From the NCBI RefSeq assembly GCF_001194135.2, contig NC_068989.1, positions 61,386,638-61,450,637 on the forward strand: DNA of 64,000 bases, written 5' to 3'. The DNA comes from Octopus bimaculoides (taxonomy: Eukaryota). The position numbers and the translations under genes are program-made. Shown one piece after another: positions 26,285 to 39,039 of the stretch; the stretch's first letter is position 1, and each line of letters begins with the position of its first letter. The notes beneath the pieces were generated by a model. It searched no databases, was not told where the DNA came from, and saw only the letters and a list, made by a program, of their open reading frames with translations.

Positions 26285-26371
26285 GGACTACAGTTTACTA
26301 AGTTACAACAGGTATACAGTCCATTTTTTGTTCTATATTGCATTGTTATACCTTCCTAAACTTTTTATTCT

Positions 26372-26414
<43 letters not shown>

Positions 26415-26429
26415 TAAAAAAAAATAAAG

Positions 26430-26706
26430 AAAGAGTACTATAGACGAGTTAGATCAATACTAAAAACAGAGCTCAATGCTAAAAACAAGATAATGGGTAT
26501 CAACACTTTAGCTGTCCCAGTTATAAGCTACAGTTACAACATCCTTAACTGGACACTAAACGAACTATATAAAATAGACAGGAAAACAAAAAAAATAATG
26601 ACAAGATATAGGATGCACCACCCAAAATCTGACATAGAAAGGCTATATATACAACGCACAGAAGGTGGCAGGGGTCTTATACAGCTAGAAAACTATTATA
26701 AAATAA
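26430..26706 (+). mobile_element. R4/Dong-type LINE fragment (post-RT thumb region)
   Basis: GINTLAVPVISYSYNILNW..IDRKTKKIMT..HHPKSDIERLYIQRTEGGRGLIQLE. Preceded by (TAA)n at ~26375-26408. Confidence 0.88.
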
Positions 26707-26749
26707 CTTTTACGTGTATGTGCTACTCTACTTGGAGAAAATTCTGACT

Positions 26750-26830
26750 TTGCCCCACCTGCAAGATCACGCGATGTTTATCTTGATATGAGGTTACCAT
26801 GTCGCACACATGTGGTTGTGATACCTGTGA
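26750..26830 (+). repeat. Fragment of the interspersed repeat also found at 61680-61770
   Basis: GCCCCACCTGCAAGATCACGCGATGTTTATCTTGATATGAG closely matches 61683-61723. Confidence 0.75.
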
Positions 26831-26899
26831 CTGGTGTACTCTTTTCAAATGGGAAATCATGGTGTGGAAATTGGGTTTCGCATATCTGTACTCTGTAGA

Positions 26900-27280
26900 G
26901 GCGCAATGGCCCAGTGGTTTGGGCAGCAGACTCGCGGTCATCGGATCGCGGCTTCGATTCCCAGATCGGTTGTTGTGAGTGTTTATTGAGCGAAAACACC
27001 TAAAGCTCCATGAAGCTCCGGCAGGGGATGGTGGCGAACCCTGCTGTACTCTTTCACCACAATTTTCTCTCACTCTTACTTCCTGTTTCTGTTGTGCCTG
27101 TAATTCAAAGGGTCAGCCTTGTCATACTGTGTCACGCTGAATATCCCCGAGAACTACGTTACGGGTACACGTGTCTGTGGAGTGCTCAGCCACTTGCACG
27201 TTAATTTCACGAGCAGGCTGTTCCGTTGATCGGATCAACTGGAACTCTCGACGTCGTAAGCGACGGAGTGCCAACAACAA
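26900..27280 (+). mobile_element. tRNA-derived SINE, apparently full length
   Basis: A box TGGCCCAGTGG, B box GCTTCGATTCCC, and a 3' end GGAGTGCCAACAACAA with a CAA tail. Confidence 0.85.
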
Positions 27281-27327
27281 TCTGTACTCCAGCATCACTT
27301 TCATCGCGTAAGCTGCCCTCTCACACA

Positions 27328-27455
27328 ATGATGATTATGATGATGATGATGATTATGGTAATTATGACGACAACTACGACGATGCCAACGATGACAATGG
27401 CAATGAAGAGAAAGAAAAAAAAATATGATGATGATGATGATGATGATGATGATGC
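27328..27455. repeat. (ATG)n-rich low-complexity tract
   Basis: Seen directly. Confidence 0.85.
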
Positions 27456-28078
27456 TGTTGAAGAAGTACTAGAAAATATTCAAATTACGAATCAAGTAAT
27501 TTAACGATGCGACTTGTAATATTATGGAATCAGTTTTGATATCACTCATCTCAAATAAAAAGAGATGAAGACACTAAAAGATTAAATTTTTCATCGTTTT
27601 AAAAACACATTTCTTTACACTGTTAATTTAAGATATCAATAATGATGATTTTGCTGCTTTTTTTTTCTATATTACAAGAATCTACTCATTATTAACATAC
27701 AGGGATAAATTAGTTCCTCATATATTTTGTTAAGCACAGTTAAACGTGCTAAGTGCATGACACTATCAAACTCTAACTCCTGGTAATTATTTTCGATATT
27801 GCATTTTTATTTAAAATATTTGAGGAGCGAGTTAGTTGATGGTTATAAAAATTTTGCTGTATGACTTCATCGCTCACTAATGAGATGGAGAAACATGTCA
27901 ATGACAGCTGCTGATGGAGTAGAAAGTCACTAGAATTGTAAACATTGATCACCGATAAACATCTTATAAGAAATTACTAAATATTTATTTTTTAATAAGA
28001 ATTTGCTGATTTCCAGTAAATCTACACTTATCTAAAATGTAAGACAATAACCATTAATACGTATTATGTTTATCATTT

Positions 28079-28730
28079 GAAGGCAGCGAGATAGCAGAAT
28101 CGTTAGCATACCGGGCAATATGCTTAGCAGCATTTCATGCGTCTTTTCGTTCAGAGATCAAATTCCACTTAGGTCGACTTTGCCTTTCACCCTCTTGGGG
28201 TTTGTGTAAAAACAGTACAAGCTGAATACAGGGGACGATGCAATCGACTTATCACCTACTCGAAATTGCAGGTCTTGTGCCACAATTTGAAATTAATATA
28301 TATTATGTTTATTATTTGAAGGGGGCAGAACCATTATCTCACCGGGCAAAATCCTTACCGATATTCCATTCGTTTACATGTTTCGAGTCCAAATTCTTGG
28401 ACGAAGTTGATCTTGCCTTTTAATTCTTTCGAGGTGGTTGAAATAAGTACAAATCATGCACTGGAGTCGTTGTAATCGAATAGGTCCTTCCCCCGAAAAT
28501 TCAGGTCTTGTGCCTATAGTAGAATGGATTATTTTATGCGGCGAGCTGGCACAATCCTCAGCACGAATGATTATCAGCATTTTGTCCGTCTTTGTGTTCT
28601 GAGTTCAAATTCCACCAAAGTGGAATTTACCTGCCATCCATTTCGGAGTTGAGCACTGGGGTCGATGTGATCGACATACCCCCTCTCCCAAAACTTGCTG
28701 GCCTTGTACAAAGCTATAAAATCAATGTAC
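28079..28730 (+). mobile_element. Three head-to-tail decayed copies of one tRNA-derived SINE family
   Basis: Copies at ~28079-28310, ~28320-28530 and ~28537-28730. Each has a GGC(A/G)GCGAG..GCAGAA-like head, a B-box-like (G)TTCAAATTCC, and a GGGGTCGATG..ATCGAC..GCAGGTCTTGTGCC-like tail. Confidence 0.75.
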
Positions 28731-29081
28731 ATTACTTTTATCATCACCTATAATAGTTGTATTGAAAGTGGATCAACATCAAATGTAATTGAGATTTCCT
28801 CAATAAAAATATCATATTTAGTATCTCAAAACACGAGGAAATTATGAAATATACTTAGTGGTATTGAAAATGCGCCGAAACTGCATTTGATCTTACTTTG
28901 TCTTTCATTCTTTTCGCGTTAATTCCTCTGAACTTTCATTACTAAATCAATAGTACAAAGAAACTCTCAACATTTTCATTTCCGCCTGTCTATCTTCTTT
29001 GTTCATTCTTTCTGGTCCTCTTTGTCCTTCTCTCATTTACACTGTCATTTAATATGCACGTTTCTTTGTCACTCTGTCTGC

Positions 29082-29130
<49 letters not shown>
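29082..29130. repeat. (CT)n microsatellite
   Basis: Seen directly. Confidence 0.95.
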
Positions 29131-29133
<3 letters not shown>

Positions 29134-32100
29134 CTCACACTCTTTGTTTACTATCTGTTCTATTGAGCACTTACGCTTCTCTTTCTTTCCCGGTCACATT
29201 ACTATACGCTACAACCACTACTGCCGGTCAGTCCCATAATTCTTTCTTTCCATTTGGTTATTTATTTTAAAAATTTTGGGTAAGATCGACACTCACTTTT
29301 CTCCTGCTAATATACCCTAGTCGCACCCTTTCTTTTTGCTGAATTGCTGCATTTTGAGTGTCGTTCCTATGTATCTTGTTGAAAAGTTAACGTTCATTTG
29401 TATAANNNNNNNNNNNNNNNNNNNNNNNNNNNNNNNNNNNNNNNNNNNNNNNNNNNNNNNNNNNNNNNNNNNNNNNNNNNNNNNNNNNNNNNNNNNNNNN
29501 NNNNNNNNNNNNNNNNNNATATATATATATATATTTATATATATATGTATGTATGTATGTGTGTATGTGTGTGTGTGTGTGTCTGTCTGTGTATTCTGCA
29601 GGAGTATTGTTACTTTCGGTAACTTTTCGTGCTATTTCTAAATTGTTTATCTTGTTTGACCATTACCTCAGTGATATTCCCTACATCACCAGCGCAACCA
29701 GACGAGGAGTATCACGGAATTTAAATATGCCAGAACGTCACTCGAATTGTTACAACTATATTAAGCCATTGTTACTTCGACTTCGTTCCCCGCGTGCTAC
29801 CTCGGCAATATCTCCCGTCTAACTCGTCACTACTTCTTTCATCGTCCATGTTGCGCTCAACTCCCTACGCGCTGCTTTATAGCCAACTTCTTTTGTATCC
29901 AGGACACTTGCTAGTGTTCCCTTCCTGCTCACAGCTAGATGATGGTGTTAATTTTCGACATTTTAACCAGAATTATAGCAACATCAATCACATTGATCTC
30001 GCAAGAACGGTGACTCTTCATTCCCCCAGATTAAACATATAGATTGGTGATATCTGTTATTATTCAGGTTTACATAGATGATGTTGTCAGCTTATTGGAA
30101 TCTGCTTTCCTTTTCCAGTGGAAACCAGAAAACATTTAAGACATTATTAACAAAAATTCCACGTACTCGAAGCAGTTACATGCACAAAGGAAAGAAATCT
30201 AAACTGTTTACATGAAATAAAGTTATAAACCTAACTAACAGCTGTTACTGTGATTAAGAGCCACGACTTGTACACTGTAAGTTTACTACTACTCTGAAAA
30301 TACGTTATGATCATTGTTATTTCTCACATAACCAATTAAAGAACATGTTTGAAACTTCTTTCTCTCTTCCTGGCAAAACTCTCCAGGTTAGTGAATTTCA
30401 AAGAAAAGGCTTCGCTAAATAATAAGAGTCCGATGATATTACTTTGAAAAATAAAACAAATGCTTAATTTACACCAATCTCCACAAAATGGAAGAAATGT
30501 TTGATAAATGAAATAAATTTTTACCCTGGCCTGGTATTATGTTTTAGGTGTATATTTATGTTATTTATAAGTATTATCTTTATTCGATTCATAATATTTA
30601 ATGTGTTTTTCTCTTGTTTATCTTTCGTGCATTGTTTGAGCTTTTGGTTTCATTTCTAAATAAAACTCGAATTTCACCAATTAATCTTTCAGTCGAATTT
30701 AATTAAAATGATATTAGATTTTTATCTGTTGGTCGATTGAATGCCAAAACAAAAAATAATTCCTCTTGAAATAGCATTCTTCCTTCGGTTAACAAGCAGA
30801 AATTCTTTAATATAGCATTTTTTCTAAAAAAGGAAAGCTGCGCAAATACTTTATAAATGATTGATAGCCCTTTACTGGAAAAATAATACGGTGCAATTGG
30901 TCTTTCCAGTGACAGGTGAAGCATTGCAACTAGCCTTGGAATTTCCAAATCGCAAGAGTAATTGTCCAATGTGAGAACTTGAATAAGTTTAACATATATC
31001 AAGGACTCGCAAAAAAGAAATTGAAATTAAAATCTGCTTGGTGATATGTAATTGAATTTCCATCTTCTACCATGAAATATTGTTCTCCAACCGATACGAA
31101 CAGCTGGAACAATTCCATTAAAAAATTTGTGAGAAACAAATAGAGTTTCAATATCATTTTGAATTTAAACACAGTGGGGTAACAATGAGTTATAAAATAT
31201 TCTTTTCTATAAAATCTGTTAAGAAAGTTATTATTATGGAAATAGCGAATATATGTTACTCTACATATTACAAAATAGTACATATACATGTACATTTAAA
31301 ACTAAATATTATCGAGTGTCTTGAACCAGAAGTGGTTAGGTTTATTAAATACAGAATTAAGTATGTTCAATATTAAAGTGTTATTGATTCGTATATTAAT
31401 ATATTCGAAGCATTAAATGATGCGTTATTTGATTAGTATCTGTAGACAGAAAATATTGTTTTCACTGACATTTTCATATATATTGTGACGGATATCATAG
31501 CAAAACTACTGAACTGGTCGGTGACTAATCTGAAGAGTAAGAAAACGTATGATGTGATAACCAAACAATTATTTTCATCCAGTTGTATGGAAGTAGTTTA
31601 GTACGTACAGCAGAGTCTAATACAGATTGGATTCGTTATCACACAGGCTGAAGGCTAATGCAGTTGCTACTGAAAGTTCATAGAAACAAACGACTGAAAA
31701 ATGTATTCATTGAAGATACTGGCCAGTAAACATCAGAATTAATATACTTATCTTTGAATAGAATATTGCCTAGGTCACTTTTTGTAGTCGTACTGCTAAA
31801 CAAGTAGGACAATCCCACAGAAGGAGTCAGTGAAGTGGTGAAATAAGATCTGTTTTCAGAATGCTCCATAAATTCATGATATGAATGTCCATGGCTTACA
31901 CTATAAATTGTAAATGTAGATCTATCTGGACGTCTGTAGGGATTGTATGTATAGTGCTACCTAGATGTTATGCAGGTTCGCTTTTGGCGATGACAATGTC
32001 TTTGTGTCTTATATATCATATTAATGTATTTGAAAATAGTCTAGGTGGTGTGATGATATGGTGTAAACTCACGCCCAGATAATGTGAAGAGCGCTGCATT

Positions 32101-32565
32101 TTTTCTTTCGTACTTTCTACATAGAGAATTTAATAATTTTTGGCTTGGCGAAAAGTAGTATCTGTATGCTTTTGTTGATGACTTCTGTTTCACATATATT
32201 GCTCTTGTGAGTATTTTAAGTGCGTTTGTCAACTTTTATTTTATCGACCACTTGTGACGTGAACATATTGCGCGGTACTTCAATTTTGTTAATGTGTATG
32301 AGTTTGAAGTCTTTGAATGATGCTTATAATACGGAGATTCACTGTTTGGTCTCTTATTTTTGGTAACCCTAATGTGTTTGATTTCTGTTTACCTTAGTCC
32401 TGCCGAGGTTACTTTACTCTTTTGTCTTATCCAATTTCAAAATTAATATCTATCACTATCTTTTCTCTATGCCACATATATACACGCATACACACGCTTA
32501 CATCCCTGAACACTTGTGTGAAAAAGTATGAACATTTTTGTTCTGCAAGAGAGCGTCAGAGATGA

Positions 32566-32611
32566 AGCTAAATTAAGATTTATAGCTAAATTAAGATTTA
32601 TAGCTAAATTA
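32566..32611. repeat. 18-bp tandem repeat, ~2.5 copies
   Basis: AGCTAAATTAAGATTTAT repeated exactly. Confidence 0.9.
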
Positions 32612-32789
32612 GTCATGTCTATCCATCCCTTATTTTACAAATCACCTTATAAGTAGCTACGTATTGAAACAACAAAAAGTAAGCTATTAAAATGCCTTTA
32701 ACTGTTATATTTCTGAGGTCGAAAATAAATTGGCACAGAATGGAATAACCATTACACCGCGTCATATATTATAAATTACACTTTTTTAC

Positions 32790-33715
32790 CATTTACAGAG
32801 TGGGGATTTATTACAATGCGAAAAGTGGAGGGGAATTACCTTGCTTTCCATTCCAAGCCAAGTCCTTAGAAGAATCATCCTGGAGCGATTTAAAGATACC
32901 ATTGACAAGCAACTCAGAGATGAGCAGGCAAGTTTCAGAAAGGAGAGATCATGCACGGACCAGACTGCGACGCTCAGAGTCATCGTGAAGCAGACAATGG
33001 AATGGCAAACGTCATACTATGTGTACTTCGTCGACTTTGAAAAAGCATTTGACAGCGTAAACAGGCAGACAATCTGTGACATCTTACGACATTGTGGTGT
33101 GCCAGAGAAAATCTTGGGCATTATTCGATTACTCTACGAGATGTTTTCTTGACGGGTCATCCATGCTGGGTCGGAGGAATTCAGGGTCAGCACAGGAGCC
33201 AGGCAGAGCTGTTTGTTGTCACCGCTCCTGTTCCTCGTCGTCCTGGACTGGGTCACCAGGACGGCCTACGCTACCTCCGGGAAAGGTATTCAGTGGACAC
33301 TGATGAATGAGCTGGAGGACTTGGACTACGCAGATGATTTCCCGCTACTGTCACACCGCTTTCAAGATATGCAAGGTAAGGTAGACCAGCTGAGAGAAAG
33401 TTCACGGGGAGTGGGCTTGAGGATCAGCCAGGAAAAAACAAAAGTGCTGCCTATCAACAACAAGCAGGAAGAGCCAATCATAATTAAGGGGGCATCCGTG
33501 GAGGATGTTAGTGAGTTTGTCTATCTTGGCAGCAACATCAGCAAATCAGGCTTGGCAAGCCTTCGCTATTCTTCGGCCGTTATGGAAGTCCACTGCCATC
33601 TCAACTCAAACTAAACTCTGCTTATTTAGTTCAAACGTAAACTCTTTGCTTTTGTATGGCTCCGAAACATGGAGAGCCATTTGCAAAAACTACAAGAAGA
33701 TCCAGACGGGATTTA
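32790..33715 (+). mobile_element. RTE-clade LINE RT fragment, frameshifted with an internal deletion
   Basis: WRGITLLSIPSQVLRRIILER..EQASFRKERSCTDQ..FVDFEKAFDSV; LSPLLFLVVLDW..LDYADD..FVYLGS; LLYGSETW. These are typical RTE RT motifs, including the catalytic YADD. Confidence 0.9.
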
Positions 33716-33733
33716 TGCGTGTGTATGTATGTA

Positions 33734-33775
<42 letters not shown>

Positions 33776-35529
33776 ATATATATGTATGTATCATATATCT
33801 GCGTACACACGCATTTGCATTTATGGAAAATATACATTTATATAGACACACGCACACACACACGCACCCACACACACACGCACCCACACACACATTTATA
33901 AAGAATAGTTTTTTTATAATTTTAAGCCTAATAACTTGCTTTAATAACAAGACATTATACTAGAGGTATTCGTTTTTAGAAGCCAATGCTCTCTCATATA
34001 CACATCCTTACTTAATCAATTTCCTATTTCCAATTGCGCAGAGTCTGCTTTCGTATATCATTGCTTTTTGCATTCAGCAAAATATAACGTATCAAATAAC
34101 GAAAGCAAATGTATTAACGGTGAATATTTTATGCATTTGAGACATTTTAACATCCTAATATATAGATTAGTAGCAATTAGTGGTATTCCACTGAGAACTA
34201 ATAGATTTTGTCACTTTTTCTGATTTCACCTAACGTGGGATTGATATCAATAATTTCATTTATCCACATCCATATATTCATTAAGACACCGAGTTATCAG
34301 CTATATTAGTATCTTAACTTACACAAATGTTCATATATAAATTTTCATCTATACTTTTTCCGTGGTTTATATCTAAAGCAATCTACTTTCAAATAATTAT
34401 CAACGAATATGGCCGTATTTATGATCGCCTGCAGTAATATATTATCCTCTGTCGTTATCTCAACTCTATTTATATCAGATACATTCAACTTATCACACTG
34501 TAGTTATTAATTCAACGTTTCATATTTGTACAAATGGTCATTAATAGGAATTTCATTTCATTGGAACTGTTCAAGTTGACATAGTAGTTTTGTGATCGAT
34601 AGAGTCTTTATAGACGTTTGGCCTTTGATTCTGACCGATATATATATACAACACAATGGAATGTATGCATTATCTCTTACACTTTCCTAATATTGTGCAT
34701 TTAAAGTTTGTATTCTCTAGATTTCAATATTTTCCTCTAGAAATATATTGCTAAGATTTTGTCCTGATCAGTATATAGATTTCTCTTTCACATAGAGATT
34801 AGGTATACAGTTTAGTATGATGTGTGTCAACATTCATCTTCCCAGCTTTATTGAATATTGGTCTCAAAGGAGATTAATTTTTAAACTGACCTAAACTGAC
34901 TTTATACCGCTTGGCTGTTATTAATTCACTCTCTCACTTGTTACATTTACTAATATATTCAAATTGCTATGCTTCTAAGTGTTGATGCATATTGATGATT
35001 TATTTCGTATTGTGTCTTTTGATGCACTATGGAGACGTTACATACCCTTTAGACAAAACATTTTACTAAGCGTTTTGCAGAATGTGTGTTTATAATGAAT
35101 ATATGCAGTTTAATGTACATTTTTTCTGTTCGTCTGCCTCATTGTCTGTCTCTGTGTATGTATATACACAACACACGCGCGCGCACACGCACACACACAC
35201 ACGCTCACACACACATATATATAGACTCACATACACACATACACACGCGTATATGTAAGGGTGTATTGTATAGGCTTTCGTGGTGTTCTACCTTCGTAAC
35301 CATATCATGTGTCCTAAATTGCTAAAAAAAAAGATTTGGACAAAGCACTAGTTTCCCTAGGAATAAGTAACTGGTTTAAGGCTACAAGAAATAGGCTGCA
35401 CCTAAAGCTACGTTCATCTGGCGAGGTAAAATAAAGACAGTCCATTGCGTATGAGACATCACTCTCTCAGATCACAGTAACTTGAGCATCATAACAAGCG
35501 GATGAACAAAATAAATATCAAAGTTCTGA

Positions 35530-35603
35530 TATGACAGCTAAATGTGTAGGACAGCTAAATGTGTCGCATAAAGGTATGACAGCTAAATGAGTGTCACATA
35601 AAG
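35530..35603. repeat. Short imperfect tandem repeat (three GACAGCTAAATG units)
   Basis: Seen directly. Confidence 0.8.
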
Positions 35604-36832
35604 ACAATATTTAGATGTAAAAGAACTTGTCATCAGGGTTGATGTAACAGATTGCAAAAATTGGACTATAAACAGCATTTTAATATATTAAACAGCGTAT
35701 TAATATAACGGAAAAGTAATGGAGTTCCCTTTTCCCAGATCCCAGTAACTAATTCCTGGTACCAACTAACCGGGAAAAAAGCTAACGCGTACTTGAGTTG
35801 TTCACGAGATGATGATGGTAATAAAAACGATAACTGTACATCACTGACATTTAGCGTTGATCTGAAAACTAGGAATAGGAAGTTGGCCTACAAATTTTGA
35901 AAACAACAAGTTTGAATTAGCCAGTAAACTGTCACTACCTTAAGCAATAAATAAGAATATATGAGTATTGAAATGGTATGATCTAAACCTATATGTACAA
36001 ATTATATTAGACTTGTACGAAAAAATCACTCAACGTTTCATTTAATCGAAAAACGCAATAGGAAAGTATTGGGAAATACATTGTATATTGTTAACTACAT
36101 AGTCGGAAGATTAATCTGATACTTGAAAATCTGAAATACATTGATAATGGTGACACTGAAAATTCCTTCCGTATCAACATCATTTAGAATAGTTACTGGG
36201 GCCTGGGAACGACGCACACCAACAATCCCAAACTGTAATAACCCATACGAAAACTAAATAAACCACAATTTTTTTCCGCAAAGAAAACCGTGGCAATTTG
36301 GTATAAGAGACAATAATTATGGGGTGATTACTTTACCCAAAGTTCGTAGTTGTCGCTAATGCTCTGTTCCTGCTACAGTCGACAATGTTATACATGGAGA
36401 CGAGATAGTTGGAAATCATAAAATATCAGCTTGGTTATACACTGATAAAACAATATTTTGAAGACCATGGAACTTGCAAAAACAGGCCCTTCAGCAGAGT
36501 CTATATCTGAGAGATGAGTAACAAATCAAGGCTAAGAAAATGAGAATAGTTGAATAGGATAGTAATTAACTATAATTTTGTTTATAATAGATAATACAAA
36601 CATAATTATATTGTGGAAAAACGAAACTAGATAACTGCACAATGGAAATGAAATAGACGAACCATTTAATTGAGGAGATATTTAGAGAAAACTGCAACAC
36701 AAATAAACAGATGAATGAAAGAAAGAGTGAAAATAGCTCCATAATTAAATACACCAAATCTTAATGTAGAGAAAAACATAATTGTTTAGAACATCAATAC
36801 CTCAATTCCCTGTCCTCATCTTGTTTGTTGTT

Positions 36833-36878
36833 AACACAACGTTTTAGCTGATATACCCTCCAGCCTTTATCAGGTGTC
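36833..36878 (-). ncRNA. Minimal type I HHR in the PLE pseudo-LTR (arm 1, mutated core)
   Basis: GACAC-CTGATAA-A-GGCTG(GAGGGTATAT)CAGCT-AAAACGTT-GTGTT. Stem I is GACAC/GTGTT and stem III is the palindrome AACGTT. Core changes G8->A and G12->A. Confidence 0.7.
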
Positions 36879-36978
36879 TTGAGGAAATTTCGAACCTGGG
36901 TTCTCATTCCTAAGGTATTTTTTGATGTAATTATTATTATTATTAGTAGTAGTAGTTGTTGTAGTTGTAGTAGTATTT

Positions 36979-37052
36979 AGGTCACTGCCTGGAATCAAAC
37001 TCGGAATCTTGGGGTTACTAGCCCGCGTTCTTAACCACTACGCCATATGCCC
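36979..37052 (-). other. tRNA-Thr(AGT)-like cassette inside the PLE pseudo-LTR (arm 1), not a canonical tRNA gene
   Basis: GGGCATATGGCGTAGTGGTTAAGAACGCGGG-CTAGTAA-CCCCAAGATTCCGAGTTTGATTCCAGGCAGTGACCT. It has an A box, a B box and a 7-nt loop with AGT. The acceptor stem is poor. Confidence 0.65.
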
Positions 37053-37853
37053 GTGGGCAATTATGGAGTGAATTTTAGGGCTTATAAATCAAATATTTTC
37101 ATACCCCTCCTTGATACCGGTTCCCATATGGTATTCATATCTGCACTCGGTCTGCTTAGGAGGTTGTTGTCTCCTAGCATATGTGCTGCTTCTTTGACTT
37201 TTCGTATTTTCCAGTGGTGTTCTCTGTCTATTGTTTTAACTTCATCCCACAGGGGAGATGGTCTCCATTTTTCCATACATGATCAGCTATACTCGATTTT
37301 CAATATCCCCTCGTGTCACAACTTTGCGATGTTAGTCTACTCTTATTTTGAGGGGAGGCATGTTTCGCTTTTCTATAACCTACCACAGCTGCATGGGACG
37401 GAGTACAAGGAGTCCTTGGTCATATTCTCTTCTAGTGGTGCTTTTACTCGAAGGAGATATTTGCGAAGTGTTGTATTACTCCTGAGGTCATATGGGCCGC
37501 ATATCTTTTGTATCTTTCGGAGAGGCCTTTGACATAGGGTAGACAGACTGTGAACCGTATATTGATTTCATCCTCTCTTTTCTTCATAATTGGAGTGGTT
37601 AGTGTGTCTTATGGGTAGTTGTTGCTTAATAGATTGTTACTGAGCCCGATGATTTCTTTGTGGTGGGTATCACGACCGCTACTTATATTCTTTGCTCGAA
37701 GTTTTAGGAACTGAGCAACCCCTCTCTTTACACAGTATGGATGGTTGGAATTGAATTGGGTTCAGATATAATTAGCATATGGGAACCGGTATTAAGGAAG
37801 GGTATGAAAATATTAGATTTATAAGCCCTAAAAGTCATTCCATAATTGCCCAC

Positions 37854-37925
37854 GGGCATGTGACGTAGTGGTTAAGAGCGCGGGCTACAAACACCAAGAT
37901 TCCGAGTTCGATTCCAGGCAGCGAA

Positions 37926-37927
<2 letters not shown>
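37854..37927 (+). other. tRNA-like cassette inside the PLE pseudo-LTR (arm 2)
   Basis: GGGCATGTGACGTAGTGGTTAAG..GAGTTCGATTCCAGGC, homologous to the arm-1 cassette. Confidence 0.65.
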
Positions 37928-37960
<33 letters not shown>

Positions 37961-38024
37961 CAACAACAAGAACACCATCGACAAATACCTTTGGAATGAG
38001 AACCCAGGTTGGAAATTTCCCCAA

Positions 38025-38070
38025 GACACCTAATGAATGTTGGAGGCTATATCAACCGAAACATTGTATT
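38025..38070 (+). ncRNA. Minimal type I HHR in the PLE pseudo-LTR (arm 2, mutated core)
   Basis: GACAC-CTAATGA-A-TGTTG(GAGGCTATAT)CAACC-GAAACATT-GTATT. The consensus of the two arms restores CTGATGA..GAAACGTT. Confidence 0.7.
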
Positions 38071-39039
38071 AACAACAAACAAGATGAGGACAAATATCCG
38101 TGAAATGTAGTAATGAAACTAATCGAAAAATACCTATTAATCGGGACAAATAGCAAGTAAATGGCTTAAATATATACAAGAACATAGCAATGATGAAAAC
38201 AGAACATTTTTTTTTCCATTTTCAAAGTTACAAATGGAAAGAAGTCAATGGAAAGTGGAAAAATGACTGCATCAGGTGAAATATTAAAAGAAGCATAAAG
38301 TAACTTAAATGGACTCATGCAAGATTTAATAACAATTTATACAATGCAATATGTGAGAGCAGATATGTAACCACTGACGAAAGGCAAACTATTATCTTTA
38401 CATTATCAAAGATTTAAAAATTCTCAAAACTGGAAACATAAACATATTTTACCACTAAGACTGATATAACAAAAAAAAAATTACAGCAAAATAAACGATA
38501 AAACTAATAAAATATAGAATAATTTACATCAGGAATTTTAAATTGTGAAGCAATTTTAAAGTTAAGAATATATATATTAAAAAATGGATATGAATTAATA
38601 TTCTTATATATAATCTATCGACTTGACGCAGCGAATCATGCGAAAATATCAGAGATTTTATTAAATATTGTACTGTTTTATAAGATCTCCAAAAACAGAA
38701 AAACATAAGAGATTGTGGAACAAGACAGTGCTGAATGATAAGAAACCTTTTTATTTGAAACTAAGTAAGGATTCATGCAAAAGTATACATATTCTAACCT
38801 GCTTAATCTACACAATGACATCACCGGAGATGTACCAGTAGAAATTATGAACTTAAGAAAGACAATTGCAGCTAAATTTCAACGGAGATGATCTAAAATT
38901 TAACTACAGCAAATGATAAATTTATATCATTAAGAGTGGAGATCAAAGGAAAATAACATATGATTATAAGTAAAAAAAAAAAAACAAAAAAAAACAGCAC
39001 CTATACAGAAATGCTTCAATGGAGAGGAAATCAATTGAA

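Larger units (their letters stand above)
36811..38092 (-). mobile_element. 5'-truncated Penelope-like element with inverted pseudo-LTRs (RT thumb plus GIY-YIG endonuclease remnant)
   Basis: Minus strand: VKRGVAQFL..TVCLPYVKGLSE..LYSVPCSCGRL*KSET (GIY-YIG-like)..SIADHVWKNGD and WDEVKTIDREHHWKIRKVKEAAHM. 36811-37147 and 37759-38092 are reverse complements of each other. Confidence 0.88.

Noticed and set aside
29640-30060. GC-richer segment with short ORFs, possibly TE-derived
   Set aside because: No recognisable motif or second copy in the window.
31678-31960. ~95-codon stop-free minus-strand frame
   Set aside because: No homology recognised. Frames of this length are expected by chance at this window size.
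36979-37052. Functional tRNA-Thr gene
   Set aside because: The acceptor stem does not pair well, the B box is mutated, and it sits inside a duplicated retroelement terminus.
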